In this document: in pieces, positions 1-12,849 of the stretch | Layout of the letters: the number at the start of each line of letters is the position of its first letter | Numbering within the stretch: the stretch's first letter is position 1 | Source of the DNA: Marsupella aquatica | Taxonomy: Eukaryota > Plantae > Marchantiophyta | Assembly: GCA_973895155.1 (NCBI GenBank) | Contig: OZ316894.1 | Span: 24,116,709 to 24,180,708, forward strand | Direction of reading: 5' to 3' | DNA: 64,000 nucleotides | Notes under the pieces: generated by a model | What the model saw: only the letters and a program-made list of their open reading frames with translations | The model's database searches: none | Told to the model about the DNA's origin: nothing | Made by a program: the position numbers and the translations under genes

Positions 1-1712
1 ACTACTGTTGAGACTATCGCGCCAAAGTTGGAAGGACTTGATGTCCTTGTTTTCAAAATGTCCTGGCCGGCGGGGATTGCGAGGACATTTATTGTAGGTT
101 TCCAAGACTTCCGAGTCTTTTTTTTGAAAAGTAAACGACGGCTACTCGCCTCGAGGACATTAAACACATCATAAGTACTCTATATGAGGATACGAGTGCA
201 AGCTTTACTAGGGTCCTACTAAATCCAAAAAAGTTCATTTAATGGAATCAGTTCACCAGTTCAAATCTAGCCTTTGATATACGTATCCTCAATCTTGGCC
301 ATTGAGGGATATATTACACATTTAATGCAAAATGGCAAGGACTCGAGTCCTTTTTGTGGAGAAAAAAGGAGAAAAATGGTAGTCCTCAATCATGCAATCC
401 ACCACAAGTCTCCTTTTATTGTATCACCTTTACAACAAAAGTTCACTACACATTCTCCACACTAAGCATGGACCACCTCTCCCTTCTCAAGCTTAGCCCT
501 ACCTTGGCAAGGTAGAGATTCCACTTAAGAGATGAGACTCCCGGTCCCTAACAAATGAAAACTTCCTCCTTATATACTATTCTCCTTCCACACCACACCA
601 AGGTAGCCCACCAAGGACCAACTAAGGACCAAAGTAGAGGACCAAGGTAAAGGACCAAGGATCAAAGTAGCTCACCAAGGACCAAGGACCAAGTACCAAG
701 GTAGCCCACCAAGGACCAAGGACCAAAGTAACCCACCAAGGACCAAAGACCAAAGTAGAGGACCAAGGACCAAGGTCCAATCACCAAAGTCCTCCTAACT
801 ACCAAACTCACACTACAACAAAAGTCCAACTAACTACCACTCCCACTCAAGCTCCTTCACCTTGTGATTGCCTGGTCTATTCAACCATCTCCTAGCCACC
901 CTTGTGCTTGACTTATTCCTGCCTTGTGGTAGCCTCGTCAAAGCGTTTTTACACTTAGTCGGATTTTGTTATTTTGGAAAAATTATAATTCCCCAGCCCA
1001 TATTGTACCCACTGCCAAAAATCACCCATAAGGCCAAAAGGACTTTTGAGTAGATCCATAGATTCTCTGGACATAGGGCTATGTCTTGATTTACTAAGAT
1101 CTAAACAAAACCCTATAACAAATTTTCTAAAATTAGGTAAAGAGGGTTAATTCTTATGTTTTCCAAAATTCTTCTCAACTTTGAGATGCTCCCAAAAAGT
1201 AACCAAAGGTAACCAAGTTCTCCCACAAGTTTCCAGGGATAGAGTGGACCATATTTAACCTACTTTGAAACTTGGAACCCCTACCTTTTCCCATCAGCTA
1301 TTTTTCCCAAGACCCGCTATTTGGTAACTTTAAGTTTTGCCAAAATACTTACAACTCCTAGGTTAAGACCCCACTTGACTTTGTGACTTTTATGTGTGGT
1401 CTAGGGACTACCTAGCACCTATAGGGTGAGTCTTAGCAAAACTTATCACTCAAAAGTATCGGTCATGCCTTCAGCCCGACTTGCCTACTACCATAACTTT
1501 TTTCCGCCCTTACCAAATAACTTACTCAACTCTTGATACTTCTTAGAGAAATATGTCCTCTCCCTCAATTTATTTCCCTACTCTACTTCCTTAGTTATTA
1601 AGTTACCCTAGACCTAACAACTCCGCTAATCACTAAAACTATGTAATTACTACTCCTTAAAAGCAAAAAACTGACGCATTTCCTACTCAAGCCTCCACTG
1701 AGCCATTCCACA
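1..1712 (-). mobile_element. LTR (or LTR part) of a retrotransposon inserted into the Helitron Rep-Hel gene; runs off the left edge
   Basis: Helitron homology stops abruptly at ...YFVPPAAG. The minus strand then starts TGTGGAATGGCTCAG at 1712. There is a TATA-like TATATAAGG on the minus strand near 570. The start and the 1290-1420 segment resemble the LTR-like sequence beginning TGTGGACTAGCTCA at 63332. Confidence 0.6.
595..790. repeat. Degenerate tandem repeat of (CC)AAGGACC inside the LTR
   Basis: Many adjacent copies of caaggac/ccaagg/ccaaag are directly visible. Confidence 0.85.
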
Positions 1713-2030
1713 CCCGCGGCTGGCGGCACAAAATACATCCTACCAATGCTAAACCCTCTTCTTCGTGGGTTCCATGCACGGGAGGATGCATCCCACACAA
1801 ACTCATTGGGGAAATTGTTGTAGAAAAGTTGTCTCTCACGTTCATGTAACGTGTTAGCTTTGAACCACCTTGTGAGGGTTGTGTCCCTATGAGATTCTTG
1901 TTGGACCACATCATTGATCTCAGAATCCTCATTGAACATTACTGATTGTTCCCCCTCACAATGCACCTGCAACCTTTGCACCGAAGTAGTACTCTCAGAC
2001 ATTTCAAACTGATTGATGCGCCATACTCCT
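1713..2030 (-). pseudogene. Helitron Rep-Hel, segment between Rep and helicase
   Basis: GVWRINQFEM..VQRLQVH..TTLTRWFKAN..FPNEFVW..WNPRRRGFSIGRMYFVPP. It joins in frame to YVSAAEG at 23706 once the 2031-23705 insertion is removed. Confidence 0.9.
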
Positions 2031-3076
2031 TGTCGTATGCTAACAAAAGCAAATATCATCGAATATATGCTAAAAACTCGGTGTTCATTCCCGTGGAAGA
2101 ACAAGAATGGGATGAAAAGATGTTTTAAAGTGTTTTGAGTGGTTTAGAGATGGTACTCAACATCTATAAGAAAAATAGAATCTTAAACAAAACACAAGGA
2201 ATTAATAAAATAAGAACAAAGTGACATTTGCTGGATAACAGAATCTTAGAGCTTTTAGAGGTATAGTTTAGCAATATTTAACTCCGTCACCATGTCTTAA
2301 GAAAGAGCTATGGCATTATTTGAGACGTTGATAAGTCAAACATAACCTTGCTATAACTGCTCTCTAGGTTTCTATCATAAATCTATGTTTAAGAAGTGTC
2401 TATGCTCACAAAACCCAAGATAAGTTTTGGATTGTGTGTATAGTAGTGTGTCATTAAAATGCCGGCAACATGTTTCCTTCTTCAGCGATGCGCAATTCCA
2501 AAGAAAAACTAATGAACATTCAGTATACCACAATGGTACTTCAAATCCGTGAATTAAGAATATCGCTACTTCTTAATCATATAGATTTCTATTTCTTGAT
2601 TTCATGCAATACTTATCTTCCAAAGATAAGTCCTTCATGTAAATACATAAATGGACAACAAATGTTGTAGTTTGGATTAGGCACCGACCAACGGATTTTC
2701 TAATACATTCCACAAACTGTATTTTTATGGGTTTTACTTCTTACGGTAATTGCAACATGCATTACCATACAAAGGAGGGGTAGACTTCTAGCACAAGTAA
2801 TCAAATTTCAAGGTATGCAAATCTTCCTTGCACAATTGCATTACACGTACAAGGGACAAAACTCCCAGATGAGGAGATGCAAATAACTATCCACACTATC
2901 TCAAAATGAGACTGGTATCACAATAAGTACATGAGATCGCCCACAGGCTAAGGAGAATGAAGAGACATGCCTCTTCATTTCCTAAGTCTAAACTAAGTAA
3001 AGTAAAAGTCAACTTTGACTAAGGGATAGTCAAATGGTCAAAGCTAAGTAAAAGTCTACAAAATAAAATACTAATC

Positions 3077-4460
3077 TCATACTGTAATAGGAGGAGGGTC
3101 GACTACAAGTAGAGGGAGGCGAGCTACATAACCAAGGGCTATCTTCCCTTTGGTCCTCTGTCCCTTCAAATACTGTCGACGGAAAAGGTCCTCACGGTAA
3201 CGAATCAAATGAGGCTCACTGGTCTTCCGAATGGGATGTCCATCCGGTCCGATCCAAACAAAGTAATCTGATGGCCATGGAATGTCTGGAGCTGGAAGAG
3301 GGAAAGGTGCTATGACCTTTCTACAATGATAAACCCAACTCCAAACGTCAGGAGTCTCAATTGTGGGTAATCTCAGCTTGTCGATAGGTAGCCATAGAAT
3401 ACTACGAGAAATCAAAACCATGTCGTAAGTGTGTGGAAAAGAAAAAGACTCATGACCAAACATAAGTGGAGGTAAAGGAGGTGCAAGAGGAGTGCGTGCG
3501 TCGATGAGTGACGTAATCATCCTATCAAACTAGGCGGGAAAGACAAAAAGAGGCTCAATGTTGGCAACAGAAGAGACAATAGGAGGCTGAGACATCAAAG
3601 GAGTAGGAGCTATAAATGGTACACTGGGAGGCTCTACAGTCTCAGGCTCAGGGGTAGGAGATGGAGGGTGCTCAGGTGAAAATGTAGGAGGGATAGGGGA
3701 AAGAATGGGATCAGGTAGAGGGGGTGTAGGTGAGGATGGAGGAGAGAGTGAAGGGTCAGCAATAGGTAGCTCTGGCACATCAGCATCCATAGGGTGATCA
3801 GGCTATGGTGAAGGTGCAAGGGGTGAAACATGAGGGGGTGGGACGGTACGAGACTCGGAAAGTAAAGCACGAATACAATCAAGTAACTGTAGAGGGGTAC
3901 AACTCAAGAGTCTAGTGGCCTCATCTACCAAATGCTGGTTGAAACCAGCCACACTAGCTAGTCGCTCAGCATCACCAACAAAATCAGTCCATGACGTGTA
4001 AGAAGTGGAAGCAACAAAAGAGGGAGAAGTCATCCCTGGTAGATCTGGTGCTGTCGTCTGCTCCACTGGAGGGGGTCTCGGAGATGTCGTCGGTGGTGGA
4101 GTCAACTCTCTCGCTAACTCTGGCTGAGGTAGCTCAAAGTGTCTCACTCTCCTCCTCCAATCGCTCAGCTCCACTGGTAATAAGCAGCCTCTCAAAAAGT
4201 AAATGTGCGCCAAGTAGGGTGTCAGATAGGTATCATTGGTAGTAGACAAGACAGCCACCTGCTTGGCGATCACCTCCGAAAGAGCTAAGGCCCAGTTGAT
4301 CCTCCTCTTGCCGGTCCATGATACGATGATAGAGTTGGTCAAGTAAACCATAGCCCTGGTCGGTTTGGTCGGATGAAAGATAGGTACAAGGAATCGGAGT
4401 AGATGAGCTAACTCCCGGTTCCTGCACTGATCAATCTTCCAACCAGACCTCCGGTCCCTG
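3077..4460 (-). pseudogene. Retrotransposon accessory ORF, C-terminal part (Pro-rich, with stops)
   Basis: ..GWKIDQCRNRELAHLLRFLVPIFHPTKPTR..NSIIVSWTGKRRINW resembles, from memory, uncharacterised retroelement-associated proteins of bryophytes and ferns. It is followed by Pro-rich ORFs 3803-4351, 3530-3790 and 3077-3520 separated by stops. Confidence 0.6.
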
Positions 4461-7400
4461 CACTAGAAGAAACCGGCCCTATCTGAGACCCTCCCTTACA
4501 TGACTTACTTGAGACCTTTGGAAATTAGTGACTCCAAGGTTATTGGTGTCATCTTTGTTACACCTTCTCAACTAAGTTTTGGTGAATTTTTGGAGAGTCA
4601 TATCTATAACTATTTGGAGTGTTGCAATTGTAACTTAGTGTAGGCAATTATTTTGAAGTTTTATAAGTGACTCAGCACAATTATAATAGCGCTTTCTGCC
4701 ATATTTATCACCATGGTTGCACATATATAAGAACAATATAACTTTGGCTCTTATTAAATAATAATGCCGACCCACATCCCAAATCCAACCCATACATATA
4801 TACTTTATATGTATGATTGACAAAATGATTATAGGTATATGTACCGGAGGTCGGTGCAATTGCAAGTCGCGCGCCATGATGCAGGCCACTGGTTACTCCA
4901 TCATACAAAGAGAAAGACACACACTGAACCCACTAACATCATTTGGCAGCATTCTGTCTCCAAATATACCCCTTGGCCAATTTCAAATGGTTGCAACTCC
5001 CTTCATCTAGGAATATTGAACAGCCCAATATTAGGGACTCTTTTTGTTAAGGGTACAATGCAATGCCTTTGCCGCAAGACCACTTCTACCTACTCTTCCT
5101 TGTAATGCGTGTTGCCCTCAATTGGCTTCATGAACCCCTTCACCTAATGGACCATGCCACAAGTTTCCACGTGTTACATGGTAATGCCTTTGCCCATTGA
5201 CTGTTTTTCCCAAACCCCTTGTGCCAAAACCCTTGGGAGAAACGACGAGTGCCTTCGCGCGCACAGAGTGTCGGCATTTGGCGAGCGAGAAGGAAGAGCC
5301 GAACATCGTCAGGCTTGGGCCCTAGGTTTCCTGAGTGAATCCTATCGAGCTTCTTTGAGTGTCTTGTCTCCGCTGTGCGCTTGCAGTCAAAGGCTTGGAT
5401 TCTCGCTACTATTGGGAGCTCGGGGTTGGAATGAGGGTTGAGTCATTGGCATTTTGTTGGCAGTGGAAGGAGCTGTGGGTTTAGGAGGCTGCTTATTGCA
5501 AGCACAAAACATTGCAGCGGTGACATTGCTAGGTTTTGCTACTGTGCTGAGTGAGGTTGAGGCTGGGTCCAGAGTTTACAAAGGTTGTCGGGAGGTTTAT
5601 CACGGATGACTGGCGATTGGTGAGGCCTATTTGCATTCATCTCCACTATCATTGGGTACCCGAGATACAACGATCGACCTTCTATACAGAGGCGAGGAAG
5701 TGACGAGAACCTACAACTCTTTGCGGGAATGCGTGGTCTTCTGCTTACCTGATTGCCCTCATGCTTGACTGTAAATACATTAGTAAAGTTTTGCTTTGGC
5801 TCAACTTTGGTCTTTTTTGGCCTTGCGTGACTGCGCTCACTTCTCTCGGTTTCCAGTGTGCAGTTGGCTAAAGACCTGGATGTCATGCTGTGAGCGCAAG
5901 CTGCTAGTAGTTGTCCATAGCTTGGGGAAAGCGGTGGGGACTGAGGCCACAAAGGAGTTTGACCTGCGCTTTTTTTTCTTTGCAGCAAGAGCGAGAGTGA
6001 GACGAGTTGCAAATTGAGTTTCATTGAGCTGCTGCCCTGGGCTTGGCGGAGGTCCTACACTCTTGTGTCGCTCACTTCAGCTGCGGTGGGAGCGGGCTTT
6101 TGGTAGTGACCTGTTCAGTTGCAGTGGGAGCTGACAACTTTGGTGGCTGTGGTGTTGAGCTTCTGAGGAGGGCAAGCAACTGCGTGATGTGCCCTTGAGT
6201 GAATGTCTCTTGGAGGAGCTGCGAAGTGGTGAAAGGGGAAGGAGGTGAGCTCGGGCCTGGAAGCAATGTGCTTCTCCAACATTTTTGCACAATGCAATGC
6301 TGCTCAATCGTTTATCCTTCCTCTAAAGCTGAGTGTGACGCATCGACCTTTGACGGGAGTATCTGCATTACAGTTTGCTACATACGGCTGCTCTCTGTGT
6401 GGCAATCGCCAATAGCTAGCGCAATGGAGGGTTCGACGTCAACTTTGAGTCATTGATCAGTGCACACTACATCGCTCTCCCTTTGCTAAACCCTTTCTTT
6501 TGGCTTGGTTCTTGGTGCCTTTGGCATAGGAGCGACGTTATTGCTAATCAACTCCCGAATCAACTTTGGAGGTGCGGGTTAGAAGGGGTTGGAGAGAGGA
6601 GGTCCAAACCGAGAATGCCCTTCACCGTCAACGGTTTCTACTAGTCCCGGCCATGCAGCTGAAAGTGCGCTTCTTTCAGGTGTCGTAGCATTCTGCCAGC
6701 CGGGTGCTTGGACTGCAGAGAAGAGCAGCCACAGTCATTCAGTTCTTCTCCTAGCTCAGCTGCGCATTGTCAACCATCGAGCGCTGCTGCGCGCTAGCTG
6801 TGAACCCCAAGAGGAGCTGCGACAAGGAGGAGATGCAACCAAGAGGAGATGCGACGAAGAGGAGATGCGACCAAGAGAAGCTGCTGCATCCCACATTGAG
6901 TTGGACATTGAGGTAGGGACGTGAGCTACGCACTTTCAACCATCAAGCAACCACCAAGCTCGGCAGCGCTCTGGGATTTGTTGGCCACAGCAGACAAAGC
7001 GGAAGACAAAGGTGAGTGTTCGTGCACCGTTAGAGTAACCGCAAGTACTCTATTACATGCCTCGTTGTTCTCTATTACATGCCTTGTTCTCCCGCCCACT
7101 GTTTCCTGCGATTTTCTTTCTTCCATAAGAGAATGGTGATTTCTTCTTCTATCAAACAAAACCCCACCCAACCACCACACAAGAACGTGGGGTGCGCGCT
7201 TCTTAATCCTCCTCAAACTGGCCCATTGTTCATTGAAACCCCACATATTACCCACCGGCACCAAGGGTCCAGTCCCAACCCGTCTTCCGCTCCCCACCAT
7301 CTTCACTCTCTCGCGCATCTATCTCCTGAACGGCGTCGCTCTCCCTTAGACGCAGAATGCTCCGTTGTGATATTGCCTCCAACTTTTCTAGTGCAGTCTA

Positions 7401-9007
7401 GGCAATTAGACTGCTTTTGCGAAAACTGCCCTTCTTAAAAGTGAGCAATACTAATAAGCCCCGGGGGTGGAGCGTTTGTTACGATGGCCGTGGACCTACC
7501 GTGGGCTATGGTAGAACACTCTATTGTCTATGATGATTCTGAATCTGCTTGAATTGCGAGTGGATGTGCTTTAAGGCAAACTTGTCGGAGAAATTAGAAT
7601 GGGGGGACGGAGCTGTCAGTGCTTAGGTTGTGGCATTTTTGAGATTGTCAAGAGTAATCTGTGATCTCATTTCTAAATGGTTTGAGCTCCTCTGATGTGC
7701 ATAGGAATCGGGCTGAGGAAAGCTTTTGGGAGCTATCATCGGAACTAGCTTTCGATCTATTTCTGCTACTTTTGAATTGGTACTTGGGAAGGCTTTGTAT
7801 CGTTAAGCACTACAAGATTCACAGGCCAGACCTGCTTGCTAGTATGAGGGGCTTTGAAGGAATGTGTGGCCAGGGCTGATTAAGTATGGATTAATTTTGC
7901 ATTGCCTGAGGTACTGAAACTGCCACCCGCTTTGTTTCAATGCCTTTGATATTAATTGTTAATATCTCAAGAGGGTCGTCAACTAAGCTGAAAGGAGTCA
8001 AAGCTAACTACAAGCTAGCAAATACAGAGAATGCTCCCAAGTCGAGTCAGGAGGAAGTTACTAAAACTAGACCTTCACAACTCTCGAAACTGGAAAGTGA
8101 AATTCAGCGTGAGACACGTAGCTGAAGGCCACAAGGATAACTATATGGCCACGCTGTCCCCCATTCAAGTCCAAAGTCCTCTTCAGATTGTCTGAACTCC
8201 TATTGAATGTATTGAATAATTATTTCATCACAGAAATTTTCAGAACAAACACGGAAGCACCAGGGGGCTGAGGATTGGATATTGAGGCTGAAGACATTGA
8301 GGTCATAAACTAGGTGTGGTTCGGGTGACAATGTTAGCAACTGATGCTTCTTCAGGGGAACTTCCCATGTGCAGTTTATCCACACATGATTGACTTTGGT
8401 TCTTGCTGTTTTTCTTTTGGTGTACTCTTGAGTTTGGTGTCACTCTATCCTTTCCTGTAGCCTCGAAATAGGAACACACCTGCTTAGTGGTCCCCAATCG
8501 CCCAATGATTTATAATGACTGTGTCTAGGTGATGTATGCATTGCGTGTTCATTCCAGAAGAATGAATATGTACACTTTGCACAAACCTGGACAGATTTTG
8601 AATGTTATTTATCTGAGTTTTTGTTTGTGAGCTCTGACTTGGAGCCTTAACATTTGTGTTTCTGTGGGGCTGAGCAGAGTTTGTTCCGTCTAGAAGCTGC
8701 TGTACTAAAGTGATCAGCCTCCGGCTTGGAGGTGAATCTTCAATTTTTTGTGGATCCGAGTGACTTCTGTCCAGCTGAGTTTTGCTTTGTCGGGACGATT
8801 GTGTTTGGCTAAGATGCTAGATTGTGGCTTGTCTTCTTGCTTCCAGCTTGTGTATTTTCAATTAATAGAAGTTGGGAACGAAGTGATAATTGAATTTCCT
8901 TATATTAAGCATCTTCACCTAGAAACTCAATACATAAACTCCAGGATTCCCTCGGGACATAAAATGAGCCAAATTGTCTCAAAATTGGGAACCTGCACCC
9001 GCACTAC

Positions 9008-9350
9008 TCAAACAATTGTGTTGGGCTTGGTGGCCTTGTAAGTCTTCTTTAGCTTTCGCAATGGAGGTTGAATCTTGCAGTACGTCAAGGGGAACTTGAT
9101 CTTTGAATCATGGAACTGCTTGGTACTTTCTCGCTTGCACAGAGAGACAGGGACTGTCGTAGTCTTCATGATCTGGATGCAAGGGAACCAAACTCTATGA
9201 CAAGAAGCCATCTCATCATACATCTGCTCTGCAGCTCCGTTTCTTGTGGTATCACAATATTCCTTGTACATGTTGTGATAACCTGTACGACTCTGATACG
9301 TGGACCCAGATACCGAAGTTCTTAATTGTGGTGGGCTTCTTTTCGAAGAT
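9008..9350 (-). pseudogene. RPL18A: Captured last exon of 60S ribosomal protein L18a (eL20), frameshifted
   Basis: CAG|[16 protein letters not shown], then a frameshift, then [41 protein letters not shown]. This matches plant L18a. The splice acceptor is retained at 9351-9352. Confidence 0.93.
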
Positions 9351-10383
9351 CTGGTAGACACATTATTCAGCATTTGCTAACTTCGAAACTAGAAGGGTAA
9401 CACATTAAACAACAGAGAAACTCACAACATCCTCCTTTGGTCCTTCAGAGTCTGTACTTTGATTCTGAAGTTTGACTGAGTTTTTGTTTACTAAAAGAAT
9501 GTGACTGTGTAAGAGTTCCGTTTGGCAGTGGATTGGTTGAAGCACTTCATGCTAGTGTGTTGTCCACAGCTCTTCAACCAGCTTTCGTCTTCCTTGTCTT
9601 TCACCACTTACGATGACATCAATTCAGCTAAGACCATAGAAGGTTCCAAAGCATCTAACTTGTAAAATCGCATTCTGTTACATCAAGGACTAAGGTGTTG
9701 GGTGCCAAAGGAGACAGCACAACAAACACGCTGAAAAGACTTCAGGACTGGGTTCAACAAGGTAGTGAAGGTGCTTAGAGCCATAGTAAGTATGCATTCT
9801 GTATCTTTCTCTGTTGATGTGAGCTTGTGCATAATGGGAGTTGTAGTTGGCAAGAGTTCCAAATATGAATAGATCCAGAAGTATGTGATCATGTACTTGC
9901 TCTATAAAGTTCTGAAGATATAAGCATTTTCTGTTAGACCAGGCAACTTGGGAGTTGGTAAGTGTCACCTGCATCTGAGGGGCTACACCGGGGCATTAGT
10001 GGAGGTTCACTTGCACAACACGACAACCAGTGAATTTTCTCTCTGCTGCAACCTGCAAGGTGAGACTTTCGGTCTTTCTGGATGAAAAAACAGGAGTTTA
10101 ATATGATTGATATACATGTCCGTCGAGAATATGGGTTTATCACCAAGCTCTTTGTCTTAGGAAACTCATAAACTCAGAATCAAATATGTACTATGCACGT
10201 TTCATGCTATGTGTATACTTTGACCTGTAGTTGGAACCAAGACAATGAGTGGGAACTGATTAGTTTAGGTGGTTGCTGTTGGCGAGGCAAGTCGACCTCC
10301 TGCTCACCTTGCTCATCAAAGGACGTGAATAGAGGACATCACAACGAAAGCAACACTTATGGTGAGGACCCGCAACGCTGAAC

Positions 10384-10806
10384 ATGTGTGACTTGCACGC
10401 AAGGCAGAGATGTTGCACCTTGAGTATGTCAGACTTGGGATCCTTCCAGCCCAGTCTGCATGGTACTTTGAGTACCCTGTTGTTTCCAGGAACAACTACA
10501 GCCGGCCTCTACCTGCTTCAGTACCCTTCCCGACATCCTTGGTATTTGTGTCTTGTACATGACCCGCCACAAATTAGGTGCCAAGGGTGTGTACACAGTT
10601 GCCAATATGACTGTCCTGCCTGTAGGGCTTCTGGCCCAGAATTGGATGACCGTTCTCTTGAATGCCGATTTTTGCACAGAGCACAATGTATCATCTGGAA
10701 CCACTCGCCATCCTGCAGTGTGCCTGGTGATGTCACTTGTCCTGCCCTCCCAGACCCCACCACCGGTGACTTTGGTGTCTACACATGTTTGGATCACATG
10801 CTCTAG
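10384..10806 (+). CDS. Hypothetical Cys/His-rich protein (possible cargo exon, acceptor near 10489)
   Basis: 140-codon ORF with CQGC..C..CPAC and further C/H residues, co-oriented with the other cargo genes. No family recognised. Confidence 0.3.
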   Translation: MCDLHARQRCCTLSMSDLGSFQPSLHGTLSTLLFPGTTTAGLYLLQYPSRHPWYLCLVHDPPQIRCQGCVHSCQYDCPACRASGPELDDRSLECRFLHRAQCIIWNHSPSCSVPGDVTCPALPDPTTGDFGVYTCLDHML

Positions 10807-11421
10807 AGGACCACTTGTCACACCGCATGCACAGACCAGATACCATTGACCTATAGCTTAACACTCTGACTTCAACACAGAGGATATTTACTTAAAATTT
10901 TGATGTATGAGCAATTTTGGGTCCAGGGTTTAGGGTCAACAGTACATAACTTATATCCTATTATGCCTGCACTAAGCAAAATATCCTAATTTAAGAGGCT
11001 AGCAAACTCGCATAAAAGTCTCTATTGAAAGACTGCTTTCATGACTGCTTTAACTTGGTGAACATTGCAACGTTGAATGAATTAATGGGCCATGTGATAA
11101 TATGCAAAATGATTTATGCCTCACTTATTTGTCTCAGCCACTATCATAACCTATTTAGGATGTATAAATTTCAACCCTTATGACACTGCTTCATACCAAT
11201 CCTCTTCGAAGAATGCCTGTTTTACATGTCACGACTATTGTATGTGATTCAAATGCATGAAATGTTGTTGCAGATCTCCTTTGGTGAATCATAGCCACAA
11301 TTAAAATTGAGGTGTTGGTGGAGAAATTGTATTAGGGGATCAGTTTTGTGTGTGGGCTCAACATACCAAAAGTATGTGTGCTCTGCATCCTTGTGTGGCC
11401 ATTCCAATTCATTGCAGTAGC

Positions 11422-11565
11422 AAATGCCTTTGTACCTTAAATGCTAAATATATTTTACTTTCTGTGCAGTCTGCTAAATTGTAGAGTCTATCTAAATGCC
11501 TTTGTACCTTAAATGCTAAATATATTTTACTTTCTGTGCAGTCTGCTAAATTGTAGAGTCTATCT
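11422..11565. repeat. Perfect 72-bp tandem duplication just upstream of the PHD gene
   Basis: aaatgcctttgtaccttaaatgc...gtagagtctatct occurs at 11422 and again at 11494. Each copy contains an acceptor-like tttactttctgtgcag. Confidence 0.95.
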
Positions 11566-11576
11566 CATGCGCAGGC

Positions 11577-12257
11577 ATGGCACGGCCTAAAATTCAAGCC
11601 AAAAAGCGTGTGACAGAGGTGAGAAACACAGGTGTACTTGGGGCAGATGCTACTAACTTCTCTGCAAGTCAGATTTTCCAGAAGGCAGCTCATTGTTGTG
11701 CCATTTGTGACGATGGTGGGGGCCTGGTCATTTGTGAGGGCCCTTGCATGAGGCATTTCCACCTCAACCCGGAGTCTGACCTTGCTGCAGAAAACAACTG
11801 TCCAGGGGTGGGCCTCCCGTCAACACACCAGGGAGACTGGATGTGCACTGATTGTTTGGAGAAGCAGGCTAAGTGTGCACAGTGTGGGAAGTTGGGGTCC
11901 TATGAGGGCTCTGTTGATGCTGCAGCAAATGTTAGGAAATGTCCAGACCGTTTTTGTGTGAGATTTTTCTGTTTTGAGTGTTTGCCTACTCATGCCACAG
12001 CTTGCCCACTTCATAGGTGCAAGGCATGTGGTGAGCATGATGATGACTACTGGACTGACATAGTCCACTGTGCTAGGTGTCCCACTATGTGGCACTATCA
12101 TTGCCTGAAAGATCATCAAGCAGAGGGTTATGCTTGTGACAGAGAAATCTATGATCACTCTGCACATGGTGTTGATCGATGGATATTTTATTGTCATCGC
12201 CATGCCATTGATCCTACCTCGCGCACTCCTGTGAGAGATCACATATCTTGGCTGTGA
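11577..12257 (+). CDS. Stand-alone EDM2-like composite PHD-finger protein (226 aa), transposon cargo
   Basis: CAICDDGG..CEGPCMRHFH..CTDC..CAQCGKLGS..CPLHRCKAC..CARCPTMWHYHCL..IFYCHRHAID..TPVRDHI. This follows the recalled EDM2 PHD region (CAICDNGG..CEGSCLRSFH..CKNLGS..CPLHKC..CRRCPKSYHRKCL..IYCQEHEID..TPVRDHV). The N-terminus is basic and NLS-like. The ORF is intact and intronless. Confidence 0.9.
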   Translation: MARPKIQAKKRVTEVRNTGVLGADATNFSASQIFQKAAHCCAICDDGGGLVICEGPCMRHFHLNPESDLAAENNCPGVGLPSTHQGDWMCTDCLEKQAKCAQCGKLGSYEGSVDAAANVRKCPDRFCVRFFCFECLPTHATACPLHRCKACGEHDDDYWTDIVHCARCPTMWHYHCLKDHQAEGYACDREIYDHSAHGVDRWIFYCHRHAIDPTSRTPVRDHISWL

Positions 12258-12849
12258 AGCTGAACATTGTACATGCACAGTGCACCTGATGTGGATGTAC
12301 TATTTTTTGAGATTGCAGAGATTCCAATTTTGAAAAGGAGTTGGGTAGGCGAGTTTATATAGGCAGCACTTATCTTGTGCTCTGGCGTCAGTGGCTGGGT
12401 ACATGCCTATACAAACTTATCCTTACAAGCCTTCTTGGAAGTATTTAGGCTGAGTGGTCATTTTCATAAACACTTTCATCAGACTGCTAAATTAAAACAG
12501 GACTTCTAAGTTGTAAGCGTATAAATTATCAGGCATGCAATTAATCAAATTGCCCTATAAGTTTGTCATTGAATGTATCCTCCTTTACAACAAAATATGT
12601 ATGTGCCATGACAAGTTGGTTGCACTTCATTTCACCACGGATATGGATTTTGTAGTATATATTCAAACAATGTCCTGCATCCGTGCAGGTGCCTAGTACG
12701 TATTGTTCACATATCCCTTGTACCTATCAAAATCGGACCTGAGCACCAGTGGGCCAGATCAACTCAAAAAGCAGGAATTTTGTTGTCCTTGTATTGTCAG
12801 GTGAACCCATTCTTCCAAAATTCACTGTCATCACGTAGAGTGTGTGTAC

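Noticed and set aside
5100-8500. Numerous short ORFs in the CACTA-1 left arm
   Set aside because: No recognisable motifs and overlapping frames. They may be UTR or captured fragments but cannot be supported.
9008-9373. Functional RPL18a gene or processed retrocopy
   Set aside because: It is frameshifted, lacks upstream exons, and homology begins at a splice acceptor, which indicates DNA capture.
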